The notes under the pieces: model-generated | Seen by the model: the letters and a program-made list of their open reading frames with translations, nothing else | Told to the model about the DNA's origin: nothing | Databases searched by the model: none | DNA from: Candidatus Uhrbacteria bacterium | GTDB lineage: Bacteria > Patescibacteriota > Patescibacteriia > UBA9934 | DNA length: 64,000 nt | Reading direction: 5' to 3' | Assembly (NCBI GenBank): GCA_943359325.1 | Contig: CALRHD010000001.1 | Span: forward strand, 6,240 to 70,239 | In this document: positions 1-10,012 of the stretch, one piece after another | Numbering within the stretch: position 1 is the first letter of the stretch | Layout: each line of letters opens with the position of its first letter | Position numbers and translations under genes: made by a program

Positions 1-74
1 TCCGAGCCAGTGACGTCATGTGCCAAGGGTTCGCAAAATGTAAAAGCGAGCTGCGTGTGAGCTCGCTTTTACAT

Positions 75-1928
75 TTATGCGTTGACGGATTGAATAGCGA
101 TCTTTGGGCGCTTGTTCGCAGGGCCAACGAGTGCTTCAAAAGCTTCCTTCTCAATCGTTTCCTTTTCGAGTAACTCTTTGACGATCGCATCCATCTTTGG
201 CCGTTCTCGGCGAATAACGTCTTGTGCGGTTTTGAGTGCCGTCGAAAGGAAGAGGCTGATTTCTGCGTCGATTTTCTCCGCAATCTTTTCGGAGTAGTCG
301 CGGCCTTCGCTCGATTGTCGCCCGAGGAACAGCGTGCTTTCCCGTTCGCCGTAGGTGCGGGGGCCAAGTTCGTCGCTCATGCCGAATTGAGTAACGAGTT
401 CGCGGGCAAGCGACGTTGCTTTTTGCAAGTCATTGGATGCACCAGTGGTGAGTTCGCCAAAAATTTCTTTTTCAGCGACGTACCCACCGAGTGTCATTGC
501 AAGGTCGTCCTCAAATTCACGTTTGCTGTGCATTTTACGGTCTTCGTCGGGAATGCTCATGGTGTACCCGGCGGCGCGGCCGCGCGCAATGATGCTCACC
601 TTGTGCACATCGTCGCAATAGGGAAGCAGGTGACCAACAACGGCGTGGCCTGCCTCGTGGTACGCCGTGACGAGCCGTTCGTCGGCAGAGAGAATATGAC
701 TCTTCCGTTCGGGGCCAAGCATGACTTTTTCGATCGCATCGAGGAGCTCTAACTGGGAGGTTTCTTTTTTGTCGCGACGTGCGGCGAGAATGGCAGCTTC
801 GTTCATGATGTTCATGAGGTCGGCGCCCGACATACCGCTCGTACGTTCTGCAATGCGTTTTAGGTCGACGTCGGCGGTGAGCGGTTTGTTCGCGGCGTGA
901 ATGGCGAGGATTGCTTCGCGTTCCTTGAGGTCGGGACGGTCGAGGACAACACGGCGGTCGAAGCGTCCAGGGCGGAGGAGCGCAGGGTCGAGTACATCGG
1001 GGCGGTTTGTTGCGGCGATGACAATGACGCCCAAGTTTGGCTCGAAGCCGTCCATTTCAACAAGAATTTGGTTGAGCGTTTGTTCGCGTTCATCGTGGCC
1101 ACCACCGAGTCCTGCACCACGTTGACGACCCACGGCGTCGATTTCGTCGATGAACACAATGCATGGCGCGGCCTTTTTTGCACGAGCAAACAAATCTCGT
1201 ACGCGACTTGCACCAACGCCAACAAACATTTCTACAAATTCGCTACCCGAAATATGAAAGAATGGCACGTTTGCTTCGCCTGCAACAGCGCGAGCGATAA
1301 GCGTTTTCCCTGTTCCGGGAGGACCCATGAGCAAAACGCCTTTCGGGATCTTTGCGCCGAGGTCGGCAAACTTTTTTGGCGTTTTCAGAAACTCGACGAT
1401 TTCGGACAGCTCTTCTTTTGCCTCGACTGCACCGGCAACGTCGGCAAACACCACCTTGTTTTTTTTGCTCGTTGCTTCGCGAACGTTCGCTTGGCCGAAC
1501 ATCATTGCTTTGCTGTTTGCACCTTGCATTTGGCGGAGGAAAAACCACAAGACGGCTCCGAACAAGACAACGAAGAGCAGCGTGGGCAAGAAATTGCGGG
1601 CAAATTGGGCGGCGGCGCTTGGTTCTTTGACTTCAATAGTGATTGCGCCCAATTGTTCAGGCGTTACGCCGTAGGAGACGAGTAATTCGCCGAGCGCTTG
1701 GTTTGATTCTTTTTTGGCAGTGTACGCAGTGTTGTCTTTGTTCGTAATTGTTAACGTGTCTTCACTCACGTCAATTCGGGTGATTTCGCCTGCTTCAATT
1801 TTCCCGACAAGTTCCGACACGCCGATGGTTTGTGGAGCGACTTTTTTCGTGTCGATCCGCGAAAATACAACACCAAGCGCAACAATGAAGAACAGGGCGA
1901 GAAGAATGTTTTTTGAAAGTGGTTTCAT
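75..1928 (-). CDS. ftsH: ATP-dependent zinc metalloprotease FtsH
   Basis: 617 aa. N-terminal TM segment, AAA+ Walker A GPPGTGKT, second-region-homology motifs, zinc site HEAGHA. Confidence 0.95.
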   Translation of the reverse strand: MKPLSKNILLALFFIVALGVVFSRIDTKKVAPQTIGVSELVGKIEAGEITRIDVSEDTLTITNKDNTAYTAKKESNQALGELLVSYGVTPEQLGAITIEVKEPSAAAQFARNFLPTLLFVVLFGAVLWFFLRQMQGANSKAMMFGQANVREATSKKNKVVFADVAGAVEAKEELSEIVEFLKTPKKFADLGAKIPKGVLLMGPPGTGKTLIARAVAGEANVPFFHISGSEFVEMFVGVGASRVRDLFARAKKAAPCIVFIDEIDAVGRQRGAGLGGGHDEREQTLNQILVEMDGFEPNLGVIVIAATNRPDVLDPALLRPGRFDRRVVLDRPDLKEREAILAIHAANKPLTADVDLKRIAERTSGMSGADLMNIMNEAAILAARRDKKETSQLELLDAIEKVMLGPERKSHILSADERLVTAYHEAGHAVVGHLLPYCDDVHKVSIIARGRAAGYTMSIPDEDRKMHSKREFEDDLAMTLGGYVAEKEIFGELTTGASNDLQKATSLARELVTQFGMSDELGPRTYGERESTLFLGRQSSEGRDYSEKIAEKIDAEISLFLSTALKTAQDVIRRERPKMDAIVKELLEKETIEKEAFEALVGPANKRPKIAIQSVNA

Positions 1929-1937
1929 AGCGGGGGC

Positions 1938-3074
1938 TTACGCCGTCGCTTCTGCTTCTGCGTTTTTCGCTTCTTCGGCTTCTTCAGCTTCGTCTTTGAG
2001 CGAAAGTCCGAGGCGGTGTTCGTTTGCTTCGATACTGACGACGCGGAATTTTTTTGTTTCGCCAATCAAGCCGAGTTTTGCAATGTCCTCGATCGGTTTT
2101 GAAGAAAGTTCAGAAACGTGTGCAAGGCCTTGAATGTCTTGGTCAAGTTCGACGAAGAATCCGAATGGGTTAACTTTGATGATTTTTCCTTCGACCCATT
2201 CGCCGATTTTGTATTTCTTCGCAACGTCCTTCCACGGGTCGTCGATAAGTTTCTTCATGGAAAGGAAGATTTTGCTGCCTTCGATACCGATAATTTCGGC
2301 GCGCACACTATCACCAACCTTGAGGACGTCCTTCGGGTGGTCAATGCGTTGCCATGCGATTTCGGAAATGTGTACTAAGCCTTCGAGCGGGGTTGACGCG
2401 TTCTTTGGATAGAACTTTACGAATGCGCCAAAATCGGCAATCGCGCTGACATCGCCAGAAACCGTGTCGCCGACGCGACATTGTGCAATGACGTTCTTTT
2501 GTTCGTCCTCCCACACCGCCTTTTCGCTGACGATAAGTTTTTCGTCGCCTTCGTTTGCATCGAGAATTTTGACGCGCAAATCTTCACCCACAAAACTCTT
2601 CAACTTTTCAAGAATTTTTTGCTTGTCACCACCGGCAACGCGTGGATAGTGTTCGGGCGCCAATTGCGACACAGGCAAAAAGCCTTGTACGTGGCCAACG
2701 CGCACCAAGAGGCCGCCTTTGTTTGCATCGAGCACTTTGACCGCGATAGGTTCGCCAGAAACGCGAAGGCCGTCCAAATCGCCCCATGCTTTCTTTTGCC
2801 CCGCGTAACGGAATGAAAGCTCCATTTCGCCGTTTTCATTTTCCAAATCAACAACTGTTGCTTCTACGGTGTCGCCTGCGTGGAGATTTTTGTAGACTTC
2901 TGCTTCGGTGTAGAGCTCGCGGCCACGAATGACGCCGACCGTAAGGCCATTGACGTCAACGCGGACTTCACGACCTTTTGTGGAGAGCACAAGGCCTTTT
3001 ACCAAGTCGCCAAGCTTCGGGATTGCGACGTACTGACCTGCTTCGAGTAACTGCTCCATTTGGCTCGTTGTCAT
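1938..3074 (-). CDS. rpsA: 30S ribosomal protein S1 (four S1-domain repeats)
   Basis: Repeated S1 OB-fold motifs (GxV.G.V). The track ORF runs to 3263, but its N-terminal 63 aa are non-homologous; the likely start is the ATG at 3072-3074 (MTTSQMEQLL). It is shorter than the 6-domain E. coli S1. Confidence 0.85.
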   Translation of the reverse strand: MTTSQMEQLLEAGQYVAIPKLGDLVKGLVLSTKGREVRVDVNGLTVGVIRGRELYTEAEVYKNLHAGDTVEATVVDLENENGEMELSFRYAGQKKAWGDLDGLRVSGEPIAVKVLDANKGGLLVRVGHVQGFLPVSQLAPEHYPRVAGGDKQKILEKLKSFVGEDLRVKILDANEGDEKLIVSEKAVWEDEQKNVIAQCRVGDTVSGDVSAIADFGAFVKFYPKNASTPLEGLVHISEIAWQRIDHPKDVLKVGDSVRAEIIGIEGSKIFLSMKKLIDDPWKDVAKKYKIGEWVEGKIIKVNPFGFFVELDQDIQGLAHVSELSSKPIEDIAKLGLIGETKKFRVVSIEANEHRLGLSLKDEAEEAEEAKNAEAEATA

Positions 3075-3201
3075 ATTTTGTGCGTAACCGTGCCGCTTGC
3101 TGCGTCGCAGGGCGGGACGTTCACGTGTTAAGGATAGAAAAGTGCGCCAACTGTAGCCGAAGGGCGATTTTTGGTCAATTTTTTGAGTTAAAGAGAGAAA
3201 G

Positions 3202-3387
3202 ATGATAGTATATAATGAATCTGTGACCTTTTTGAATATGAAAAAAAATATACTCATCACCAAAAAAGCTCTAAAAAAAGCAGTTTCTCAGTCTTCAAAG
3301 ATGGAAGGTCAGAGCCTGCAAAGGGCTTCGCGTAATATCCTACTCATCAAAAAGCTCAAACATTATGGCAGAGCATTCTCGCTATAA
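3202..3387 (+). CDS. small lysine-rich ORF overlapping the Fic start (doubtful)
   Basis: 61 aa with a TTG/ATG start, lying in the AT-rich islet just upstream of the Fic fragment. It has no recognisable motif and could be the upstream part of a doubly frameshifted gene. Confidence 0.15.
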   Translation: MIVYNESVTFLNMKKNILITKKALKKAVSQSSKMEGQSLQRASRNILLIKKLKHYGRAFSL

Positions 3388-3927
3388 CTTGAAAGACGAA
3401 AGCGCGGGGCTTCAGCGTGGGGTATTAAAAAATAGGCTTGGTATACAAAATCAAAACGAACTTGATGATGCCGAAACACTACTTTTGATTGCGAGCTCTT
3501 GCTAAGGATTCACAAGTATTTTCTTGCTCCATTGTATTCTTGGGCGGGGAAGATTCGGACGGTTGATATGTCGAAAAACGAGGTTCTGTTTGCGTCGGCA
3601 GATCATATTACTGCATCGCTGCGAGAATTTAATTCTGTGCTTCGCACTCACACTGCAGCGTCTCGATATACGAAAAAGTCGCTCGCTGAGGATTTCGCCG
3701 TTATTCACTGTGAGATAAATGCTATTCACCCATTTCGAGAAGGCAATGGAAGAACAATCCGTCTTTTTCTTGATCTTCTTGCATTGCGTGTCGGGTATGA
3801 TTTTATTGATTGGAGCAGAAGCTCTCAGGAAAAATATATTCATGCATGTATTGCAGGAATGGCAAAAAGATATTCGTTTATGCAAAGAATTGTGTACAAG
3901 GGTTTGGTGAAGCGTGCTACCATATAG
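3365..3927 (+). pseudogene. Fic/Doc family protein, interrupted by a frameshift near 3480-3495
   Basis: An ATG at 3365 opens frame 2 (MAEHSRYNLKDESAGLQRGVLKNRLGIQNQNELDDAETLLL), which ends at TAA 3503-3505. The reading continues in frame 1 (ELLLRIHKYFLAPLYSWAGKIRTVD...) and carries the canonical Fic motif HPFREGNGRTIR. The local GC content is clearly lower than in flanking genes. Confidence 0.65.
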
Positions 3928-3932
3928 CTACT

Positions 3933-4664
3933 ATGCTTCATCCTCATAATGCCATGTTGCAAGAGTTCCAGATTTCAATCGACAAATTGGTGCCGTTGAC
4001 ACCAAAGGATATTGTCGACGAAGCGAAGCAGCTTCACGATAGTCTTGTTGCCGACGAAAACAGTACCGAAAAGCAGGTGCATGATGCGCTTGTATATGTT
4101 GGTCGCAAGGAATTTCCGTACCGAAAAGCGTATGAAGAGTTGTGTGTGAGTGACGAAGAGCAACGCTTGCAAGAAGCGGTGTTTGCACATTTGGAGCCAG
4201 CGGTGCGCGAAAAAATCCACAATGTGACTCACCACGGGGTACACGTGCTTGATTATGTAAACAGCAGGCTCTTCGAAGAGCAGCTCACGGCCGACGAACG
4301 TTATTCGGTTGAACAGGCGATTTTATTAGCGCACGATGTCCTCAACAAACAATGTAGCGAACGCGCTGTGGAACGAGCGAAAAATTACGAGGATCTCGTG
4401 ACACGATGGAAAACAGAGGCCGACCGCCTACAGGTGCTGATTGACACGCTGCGTTCCTTTGCCGACCGCGACCCGAAGTGGCAAGGCGAAATTCTTGGCC
4501 GTGTGGCGACGCTCGAAGAGGGTTGGTCGGTTGTGGAGCGTGACCCGACAGAAGAGGAAATTAAAAAAGAACTTGAATACTGGACAGACATTTTTGCAGG
4601 GGAGGATGAGGAGCCTGTGTCTCCAAGCGCAGAGCTCGCAGATGACGGAATGGATGCGGTATGA
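3933..4664 (+). CDS. hypothetical protein with acidic C-terminus
   Basis: 243 aa from the ATG at 3933, which is in frame with the longer track ORF that starts at 3810 inside Fic. No recognisable motifs. The C-terminus is acidic (EDEEPVSPSAELADDGMDAV). Confidence 0.5.
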   Translation: MLHPHNAMLQEFQISIDKLVPLTPKDIVDEAKQLHDSLVADENSTEKQVHDALVYVGRKEFPYRKAYEELCVSDEEQRLQEAVFAHLEPAVREKIHNVTHHGVHVLDYVNSRLFEEQLTADERYSVEQAILLAHDVLNKQCSERAVERAKNYEDLVTRWKTEADRLQVLIDTLRSFADRDPKWQGEILGRVATLEEGWSVVERDPTEEEIKKELEYWTDIFAGEDEEPVSPSAELADDGMDAV

Positions 4665-4679
4665 TACCATTTTGCTGTT

Positions 4680-5300
4680 ATGCAAATCGCTTGGAATGGG
4701 TTAGGGAGTTATGTTTTTTCGACGAAAACCGCACAGGGTGACGTCACACTCGTGACAAATCCGTTTGTATCGGGTGACATAAAGTTTCCACGTTCGCAGG
4801 TGGCTTCGATTGTTGTTTCGTCACACAACGGTGACGATGCACGGAGTTACGACGCGTTAACGTCGGAATATCCCGAAGATAAACGCTGTCCGTTTAACGT
4901 TGAACATGCGGGCGAATACGAAATTCGTGGTGTCGCGGTAACGGGAGTCTACGTGCCGAAGAAAGATGCTTCGATGCACGCGATATATCGGATTGATGTT
5001 GAGGCGATGTCGATAGGTTTTTTGGGTGCAATCGACCGTGTGCTCACTGAAAAAGAAGTCGAAGCTCTTGGAAACATCGACGTACTGATTATCCCCGCAG
5101 TAAAAGAACTATTGAGCGCGTCGATGGCTGCAGAGATCGTTGCGCTTATTGAACCGCGTATGGTTATCCCGTCGTATACTGACGATGCATCGGCACTATG
5201 CCGCGAGTTGTCGTCGCCAACAGAGTCAACCGCAAAGCTGAAATTGACGCGCGCGGTGCTTCCCGAAGAAGACATGAAGATTGTTACGTTTACTCGTTAA
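4680..5300 (+). CDS. metallo-beta-lactamase-fold protein (COG2220/UPF0173-like) with degenerate metal motif
   Basis: 206 aa. Its overall pattern resembles Zn-dependent MBL-fold hydrolases, but the HxHxDH site is replaced by SSHNGDD. Confidence 0.5.
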   Translation: MQIAWNGLGSYVFSTKTAQGDVTLVTNPFVSGDIKFPRSQVASIVVSSHNGDDARSYDALTSEYPEDKRCPFNVEHAGEYEIRGVAVTGVYVPKKDASMHAIYRIDVEAMSIGFLGAIDRVLTEKEVEALGNIDVLIIPAVKELLSASMAAEIVALIEPRMVIPSYTDDASALCRELSSPTESTAKLKLTRAVLPEEDMKIVTFTR

Positions 5301-5505
5301 TATGGCAGGAAAGCATATTTTTCTCGATGAACGCCACCGTGTGCGGCAGCACAACGCATTTGCTGCCATGATTATCGTTGGGCTTCTCGTGGTGTTTGCC
5401 ATTTGGTTTGTGCAAATTCGCCTCATGGTCAACACGAAAGACTTGGCAAAGGTTGGTGCGGACGTCGAAGCAGCGCGTGCAGCATTTGGTGAGGCATTCA
5501 AATAA
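5281..5505 (+). CDS. small membrane protein (hypothetical)
   Basis: 74 aa with one predicted TM helix (IIVGLLVVFAIWFV). The likely start is MAGKHIF near 5302. Confidence 0.3.
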   Translation: MLRLLVNMAGKHIFLDERHRVRQHNAFAAMIIVGLLVVFAIWFVQIRLMVNTKDLAKVGADVEAARAAFGEAFK

Positions 5506-5508
5506 TTT

Positions 5509-8049
5509 ATGGCCGCAAAAAAGAAATCCGACATCTCGAAAAGTACAGAACTTTCGGGCGATGCAGAGAGAACGGCAATGGTGCCGATTGGCAATGTTAT
5601 TCAACAGGGTATTTCGGAGGAAATGCGCCGTGCGTATTTGGATTACGCCATGTCGGTCATCGTGTCCCGTGCGCTGCCCGATGTTCGCGATGGCATGAAG
5701 CCTGTGCATCGTCGTATTTTGTATGCCATGTGGAGTGTTGGCCTTCGCGCGAACGCAAAATTTCGTAAGTCAGCAACGATTGTTGGTGAAGTGCTCGGTA
5801 AATATCATCCGCACGGCGATACATCGGTGTACGACAGCATGGTACGCATGGCGCAGGATTTTAGCTATCGCTATCCACTTGTAACGGGGCAGGGCAACTT
5901 TGGGAGCATGGATGGTGACAGCGCAGCCGCGTATCGCTACACCGAAGCAAAATTGTCGTCGATTTCGGAAGAGCTGCTTATCGACATCGAAAAAAATACG
6001 GTCGACTTTCGTCCGAACTACGATGGAAGCCACGAAGAACCGACGGTGTTACCTGCCCGCCTTCCGAACTTGCTTATTAACGGCACGCTCGGCATTGCGG
6101 TCGGCATGGCGACGAATATTCCGCCACACAACACTCGTGAAGTGTGTCACGCAATTTTGGCGCTCATTGACAACCCAGAGTCGACACTCGAAGACATTTT
6201 GGAGCACATTCCGGGGCCTGACTTTCCAACGGGAGGCATTGTTTACGGCGCAAGTGACCTGCGAACGGCGTATGCCACGGGTCGTGGCGGCGTGGTGTGC
6301 CGTGCAAAAGCGGAAATTGTGGAGAATAAAAAGGGTGAAGAAATTATTGTCGTCGAAGAAATTCCGTACATGGTGAACAAGGCGACGCTTATTGAGAAGA
6401 TTGCCGACTTGGTGCGCGACAAAAAGCTGGAAGGCATTCGCGACCTGCGTGACGAAAGCAACAAAGAAGGCGTACGCATTGTCGTCGAGCTCAAGAAAGA
6501 CGCGTATCCTCGAAAGGTGTTGAATCGCTTGTTTCAATTGACGCCACTCCAGACGTCGTTCCACTACAACATGCTTGCACTTGTCGACGGTATTCAGCCG
6601 CGCATTTTGAACGTGAAGCAGATTTTGGAGGAACATATTAAGCACCGCAAGGAAGTTGTGCGTCGTCGTACGGAGTTTGATTTGGCGAAGATTGACGAAC
6701 GCCTGCACATTTTGGAAGGGTTACGCATTGCACTTGCGCACATTGACGACGTGATCGCGACCATTAAAAAGTCGAATGACAAAGACGAGGCGCGGGCGAA
6801 CTTGATGAAGAAATTCAAAATGAGCTACGCCCAGGCGGTCGCGATTTTGGAAATGCGTTTGCAGAGCCTCGCGAACTTGGAGCAGATGCGTATTGAGCAG
6901 GAATATGCCGAGAAGATGAAATTGAAAGCTGATCTCGAAGCGATTCTCAAGTCGGAGAAAAAGATGCTTGCGGTTATTCGCGGAGAAGTTGAGGCGCTTA
7001 TTGCACAGTACGGCGACGAACGCCGCACAAAAATCGTGAAGGGCGGCATAAAAGAATTCTCGATGGAAGACATTATTGCCGATACTGCGGTTGTTATCAT
7101 GATGACGAAAGACGGCTACATTAAGCGTTTGCCGTCGGATACGTTTAGCCAGCAGGGGAGAGGCGGGAAGGGTGTTATTGGGTTGACGACGAAGGAGGAA
7201 GACAGTATTGAGGCGATTTATTCGGCGACGACGCACCAAGACATGATGTTCTTTACGTCGCGGGGCAGAGTATTCCGTTTGAAGGCGTACGATATTCCTG
7301 AGGCGTCCCGGACAGCAAAGGGGCAGGCAATTGTGAATTTCCTAGAGCTCGGTCCGGGTGAAAAAGTGTCGGCGGTGTTGACGGGAGATCTCAAAAAAGA
7401 GGTAAAGGCAAAATACATCATCATGGTGACGAGCCGAGGGACGATTAAAAAGACGTCCGTTGATGACTTCGAGAATGTCCGTAAGTCGGGGTTGATCGCG
7501 ATTAAATTGAACGACGGCGACAACTTGGAATGGGTGTTTACGTCGACGGGCAAAGACGACATCATGCTTGTGACAACCGCGGGCATGTCCATTCGATTCA
7601 GCGAAGAAGACGTCCGGCCAATGGGGCGTGTTGCGGCGGGCGTTCGCGGCATCAAATTGCGCGGTGAAGACGCGGTGATTGGCATGTCCGTGTTGCGACA
7701 GGAAGACATTACGGCAGGCAGGTTGCTGCTTATTATCATGCAAAATGGGTACGGCAAACGCACGAGCATTGAAGAGTATAGTGTACAGAATCGCGGTGGC
7801 ATGGGCGTGAAAACCGCACAGATTACGGCAAAGACTGGCCCACTTGTCGCAGGGCATATTGTAGAGGAAAAAGACGGCCGCGACCTCCTTATCGTAAGCG
7901 CTGGCGGTCAAGTCATTCGTACCGCCGTCAACACGGTGTCTATTATTGGCCGTGCCACTCAAGGTGTTCGTGTCATGCGTTTCAAGCAGGAGGGCGATAA
8001 AGTTGCAAATGCGACGCTGGTGGGAGGGGATGAGAAGGGGGAGAATTGA
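5509..8049 (+). CDS. gyrA: DNA gyrase subunit A
   Basis: 846 aa with the GyrA signature [28 protein letters not shown], the catalytic Tyr region and C-terminal beta-pinwheel repeats. gyrB is not adjacent. Confidence 0.97.
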   Translation: MAAKKKSDISKSTELSGDAERTAMVPIGNVIQQGISEEMRRAYLDYAMSVIVSRALPDVRDGMKPVHRRILYAMWSVGLRANAKFRKSATIVGEVLGKYHPHGDTSVYDSMVRMAQDFSYRYPLVTGQGNFGSMDGDSAAAYRYTEAKLSSISEELLIDIEKNTVDFRPNYDGSHEEPTVLPARLPNLLINGTLGIAVGMATNIPPHNTREVCHAILALIDNPESTLEDILEHIPGPDFPTGGIVYGASDLRTAYATGRGGVVCRAKAEIVENKKGEEIIVVEEIPYMVNKATLIEKIADLVRDKKLEGIRDLRDESNKEGVRIVVELKKDAYPRKVLNRLFQLTPLQTSFHYNMLALVDGIQPRILNVKQILEEHIKHRKEVVRRRTEFDLAKIDERLHILEGLRIALAHIDDVIATIKKSNDKDEARANLMKKFKMSYAQAVAILEMRLQSLANLEQMRIEQEYAEKMKLKADLEAILKSEKKMLAVIRGEVEALIAQYGDERRTKIVKGGIKEFSMEDIIADTAVVIMMTKDGYIKRLPSDTFSQQGRGGKGVIGLTTKEEDSIEAIYSATTHQDMMFFTSRGRVFRLKAYDIPEASRTAKGQAIVNFLELGPGEKVSAVLTGDLKKEVKAKYIIMVTSRGTIKKTSVDDFENVRKSGLIAIKLNDGDNLEWVFTSTGKDDIMLVTTAGMSIRFSEEDVRPMGRVAAGVRGIKLRGEDAVIGMSVLRQEDITAGRLLLIIMQNGYGKRTSIEEYSVQNRGGMGVKTAQITAKTGPLVAGHIVEEKDGRDLLIVSAGGQVIRTAVNTVSIIGRATQGVRVMRFKQEGDKVANATLVGGDEKGEN

Positions 8050-8104
8050 CGTATTCCGCCTATTCCGCTACTCTTTCGCCATCATAAACGTCGTTCGATT
8101 CCCT

Positions 8105-8365
8105 ATGCCATTGCCCGCATTCCGAAATTCCCGTTCAAAAGTCCGCCGACGTCGGAGTCATGACGCGTTGAAGCCTATTGCGATTGGTGTTTGTAAGGTT
8201 TGTGGTGCCGATCAACTGTCGCATCATGCTTGTGCAAAATGCGGCAAATACAACGGTCGCCAAGTAAAGGGCGGTATGGAAGAGGTAGAAAAGAAGCTCA
8301 TCAAAAAAGCAAAAAAGGAGAAAGCGAAGAAAGTCGTGAAAGAAGAAGCGCCAAAAGCGGAGTAA
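8105..8365 (+). CDS. rpmF: 50S ribosomal protein L32 with Lys-rich C-terminal extension
   Basis: Begins MPLPAFRNSRSKVRRRRSHDALK and carries a CxxC...CxxC zinc ribbon. The start is the ATG at 8105, inside the longer track ORF that begins at 7946. Confidence 0.85.
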   Translation: MPLPAFRNSRSKVRRRRSHDALKPIAIGVCKVCGADQLSHHACAKCGKYNGRQVKGGMEEVEKKLIKKAKKEKAKKVVKEEAPKAE

Positions 8366-8426
8366 CCCACACAGCGCCCGAAAGGGCGTTTTGTGATTCC
8401 GCTTTGCTTCGGTATACTACGGCCGT

Positions 8427-8876
8427 ATGTCCAATCGTCACCTTGCCCGAACTATTGTTATGCAGGTTCTCTACGAATGGGATTTTCGTGGGCGTGATAC
8501 TGCGCGAATTCCTGAATTGGTACAGTATGTGAAGGGTGAATTTGCTCCTGACTTCGATGACGGGGGGTACATTGAACGACAGGTTGTAGCGATTGTGGAA
8601 CGCGTGGACGAACTCGACCAACTCCTTGAGGCATTTGCGCCAAATTGGAAAGTCGACGGTATGACGATCATCGACAGGAACATTCTCCGACTTGGTGTGT
8701 ACGAACTGCGTCACGACGAGAGCATTCCGTCGCGTGTCGCAATTAACGAAGCCATTGAGCTCGGAAAAACATTTGGTGGTGACGCGTCGGGAAAGTTTGT
8801 GAACGGTGTGCTCGGCGCGGTGTATAAAGATATTGTCGAGAAGGGGGAGGTGAAGGAAATTGATAAATCAGAATAG
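8427..8876 (+). CDS. nusB: transcription antitermination factor NusB
   Basis: 149 aa. The N-terminus ARTIVMQVLYEWDF and the overall length are typical of NusB. Confidence 0.85.
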   Translation: MSNRHLARTIVMQVLYEWDFRGRDTARIPELVQYVKGEFAPDFDDGGYIERQVVAIVERVDELDQLLEAFAPNWKVDGMTIIDRNILRLGVYELRHDESIPSRVAINEAIELGKTFGGDASGKFVNGVLGAVYKDIVEKGEVKEIDKSE

Positions 8877-9570
8877 TATGGAAAAAGACATTAAGACACT
8901 CGCGAAGTCGCTCGGCATAAAATATAAAGCAGATGGACATTTGGAGCAGGCGGTGGTGCACCGGAGCTACTTGAACGAACACCCATCCTTTCCACTGTCA
9001 CACAACGAACGTTTGGAGTTTCTCGGAGACGCCGTGCTTGAGCTCGTCGTCACCGAGTACCTCTACAACAACTACGAGAACGAAGAGGGTGAATTGACGA
9101 CGTGGCGCTCAAGCCTCGTGAACGGTGAAAGTTTGGCCGACATTGCGCACGAATTGGCGCTTGAACCGTATCTGTACCTCTCAAAAGGGGAAGAGAAAGA
9201 TGCAAATTCTAAAGCGCGACGTACAATTTTAGCCGACGCGATGGAAGCGGTGATCGGTGCAATATATTTAGATTTTGGTTGGGATGTTTCCAAGGAATTT
9301 ATTTTACGGACAGTTGTTGTTAAACTGAAAGAAATTATCGAAAAACGGCTGTACCTCGACCCAAAGAGCAGGTTCCAAGAAGCGGCGCAGTCCCGAATGT
9401 CGACAACGCCGAGTTATAAAGTCATCGAAGAATCTGGCCCTGACCATCAAAAGAAATTCCGTATTGGCGTGTATCTTGGGAAGGAATTTGTTGCGGAAGG
9501 CGAAGGGACGAGCAAGCAGGAGGCTCAAATTTCCGCAGCAGATAATGGTTTGAAGGCGAAGGAGTGGTAG
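8860..9570 (+). CDS. rnc: ribonuclease III
   Basis: RNase III signature ERLEFLGDAVLELVVTEYLY plus a C-terminal dsRBD. The start may instead be the ATG at about 8878 (MEKDIKTL). Confidence 0.93.
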   Translation: MINQNSMEKDIKTLAKSLGIKYKADGHLEQAVVHRSYLNEHPSFPLSHNERLEFLGDAVLELVVTEYLYNNYENEEGELTTWRSSLVNGESLADIAHELALEPYLYLSKGEEKDANSKARRTILADAMEAVIGAIYLDFGWDVSKEFILRTVVVKLKEIIEKRLYLDPKSRFQEAAQSRMSTTPSYKVIEESGPDHQKKFRIGVYLGKEFVAEGEGTSKQEAQISAADNGLKAKEW

Positions 9571-9581
9571 CGATAACAAAA

Positions 9582-9604
9582 AAGAAGCCCGAGGCTTCTT
9601 TTTT
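9582..9604. terminator. intrinsic terminator hairpin shared by rnc (+) and tRNA-Arg (-)
   Basis: Hairpin AAGAAGCC-CGA-GGCTTCTT followed by TTTT. On the other strand it is preceded by AAAAAA, so it can act in both directions. Confidence 0.6.
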
Positions 9605-9680
9605 GGTGCGGCGTGAGGGACTTGAACCCCCGACCTTCTGGTTCGAAGCCAGACACTCTATCCAGCTGAGCTAACGCCGC
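9605..9680 (-). tRNA. tRNA-Arg (anticodon TCG)
   Basis: The reverse complement folds as a cloverleaf with acceptor GCGGCGT/ACGCCGC and D-arm GCTCAGCTGGATAGAGT. The anticodon stem-loop is TCTGG-CTTCGAA-CCAGA, and the T-arm is GGGGGTTCAAGTCCCTC. CCA is encoded. Confidence 0.8.
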
Positions 9681-9765
9681 AGGTGGTGCGTGCGAAAGGT
9701 ACCAGTAAAATTGACGTTGGTCAATGAATATGGCATTCTTCCGAGCGTTCAGCGACAAAGAATTC

Positions 9766-9840
9766 GCATCGGTAGCTCAGCGGTAGAGCAGGTGACTCTT
9801 AATCACTTGGTCGTGGGTTCGAATCCCGCCCGGTGCACCA
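9766..9840 (+). tRNA. tRNA-Lys (anticodon CTT)
   Basis: Acceptor GCATCGG/CCGGTGC with one G-U pair. Anticodon loop CTCTTAA. T-arm GTGGGTTCGAATCCCGC. CCA is encoded. Confidence 0.72.
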
Positions 9841-9842
9841 AT

Positions 9843-9870
9843 AAAACCCCCGGCAGAAGCTAGGGGTTTT
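9843..9870 (+). terminator. intrinsic terminator after tRNA-Lys
   Basis: Hairpin AAAACCCC-CGGCAGAAGCTA-GGGGTTTT followed by a T-rich tail. Confidence 0.6.
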
Positions 9871-10012
9871 ATTGTGCGCCGTGAGAAGACCAATGACCAC
9901 GTTCCAGAAAGTAAAAATCCTTTTGCTTTCTGATATTGTTTGACGCCGCTGTGCCCAGTCTGCTACCGTTTTGCAGCCAAGTAGCGCATTCGCGCGAAAA
10001 GCAGGAGGTTCC

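Noticed and set aside
5509-8049. gyrA without adjacent gyrB
   Set aside because: The separation of gyrA from gyrB is common in bacteria and is not treated as unusual.
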